Source of the DNA: Promethearchaeota archaeon
Lineage (GTDB): Archaea > Asgardarchaeota > Lokiarchaeia > Sigyniarchaeales > SOKP01
Assembly (NCBI GenBank): GCA_048938025.1
Contig: JBHLMP010000066.1
Coordinates: 1 to 16,136 of the forward strand
Direction: 5' to 3'
Length of the DNA stretch: 16,136 nucleotides
Shown here in pieces: positions 15,508 through 16,136 of this stretch (position 1 is the first letter of the stretch; each line of letters opens with the position of its first letter). A program made the position numbers and the translations under genes. The notes below the pieces were generated by a model. It was not told the DNA's origin. It ran no database searches and worked only from the letters and a program-made list of their open reading frames with translations.

Positions 15508-16110
15508 TTATTCTTTATTTTCTTCTTTAATACTTTCTTTTGTTTTTTTTGCTTCTTTTTCTGCAATTTCTTCTTCTATATCATTCTGGATCCATTCTTC
15601 TTTTCCTAAGAACTTTTGTCGCATTGTTAATCCAAGTTTTCCGCTTCTACCTGTACCAAGAGACACAGCAATAATTCTTGCGCGAACAATATCATTAACT
15701 TCAAGGATTTTTCCCGTTTCTTTGCCAATAAATCGATTTCCAACTTGCTCATAAGAAATATAATCATCACAGATTTGGGAGACATGAACTAATCCATCTA
15801 AGGGACCAAGACGGCAAAAACTCCCAAAATCAACTACTTCTACTATTATTCCCTCAACAACTTCACCAACAGTAGGTTTAAATGTTAAGATTGTGAATTC
15901 AACTTCATGAAATGTGTTAGCATTTCCAGGTATTATTAACCCCTGTGAAACAGAAAGTATATCCACAACTGCTATAATAAACCCAAAATCCCTTGTAATG
16001 ATCCCTTCATAATCTTCACTCAAAATAATTCGTGCACTTGTTTCTTTAGGTTGATCAAACAGAAATGGTGGAATCTCAACTTTACTTTGAATTGTATATA
16101 GTTTGAACAT
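15508..16110 (-). CDS. rpoE1: DNA-directed RNA polymerase subunit E' (Rpo7)
   Basis: VEIPP..F; FKP..GEVVEG..VEVVDFGSF.RLGPLDGLVHVSQI.DD (S1 domain); VRARIIAVSL; GLTMRQ.FLGK.EWI. Confidence 0.97.
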   Translation of the reverse strand: MFKLYTIQSKVEIPPFLFDQPKETSARIILSEDYEGIITRDFGFIIAVVDILSVSQGLIIPGNANTFHEVEFTILTFKPTVGEVVEGIIVEVVDFGSFCRLGPLDGLVHVSQICDDYISYEQVGNRFIGKETGKILEVNDIVRARIIAVSLGTGRSGKLGLTMRQKFLGKEEWIQNDIEEEIAEKEAKKTKESIKEENKE

Positions 16111-16136
16111 ATCAATGGACCTGAAAAGTAGATAAC

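Noticed and set aside
15452-15754. Plus-strand 100-aa ORF
   Set aside because: Antisense to rpoE1 and spt4.
16111-16136. Possible 3' end of an upstream PIN-domain gene expected from synteny
   Set aside because: Only 26 nt are visible; frame and identity cannot be supported.
1-16136. Selenocysteine recoding/SECIS, tRNA, rRNA, IS elements, CRISPR
   Set aside because: No gene shows an internal in-frame TGA (the TGA before rpl7ae is part of the SD). I saw no cloverleaf, GC-rich RNA island, transposase or repeat-spacer array by eye.

Overview
AT-rich archaeal chromosomal segment, most consistent with an Asgard archaeon of the Lokiarchaeia/Promethearchaeota type. This is inferred from archaeal information-processing genes, a 1DGelX-like gelsolin-domain protein and a Loki-style RHH protein. 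It holds dispersed pieces of the conserved archaeal translation/transcription superoperon: rps6e-rpl24e, an orphan rpoN, rpl7ae-rps28e, and rpoE1-spt4-DUF359-rps24e-rps27ae-kae1-bud32. Interleaved with these are fae-hps, a B12-binding radical SAM enzyme, a serine-racemase-like PLP enzyme, a CocE/NonD hydrolase, an RHH regulator and a nitroreductase. The ORF track misses a >=547-codon minus-strand gene at the left edge, a two-TM repeat-containing glycoprotein. Signals most worth following up: (i) apparent AUA/AUU start codons behind Shine-Dalgarno-like motifs in up to three genes, including L7Ae; (ii) a K-turn-like leader hiding the L7Ae start; (iii) a divergent gelsolin+X-domain protein overlapping the radical SAM gene; (iv) the repeat glycoprotein with tandem operator palindromes; (v) a structured leader with a 4-codon uORF before the RHH gene; (vi) a basic C-terminal tail on eS31. 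I saw no CRISPR array, tRNA/rRNA or mobile element. All family assignments are motif recognition by eye, not database searches.
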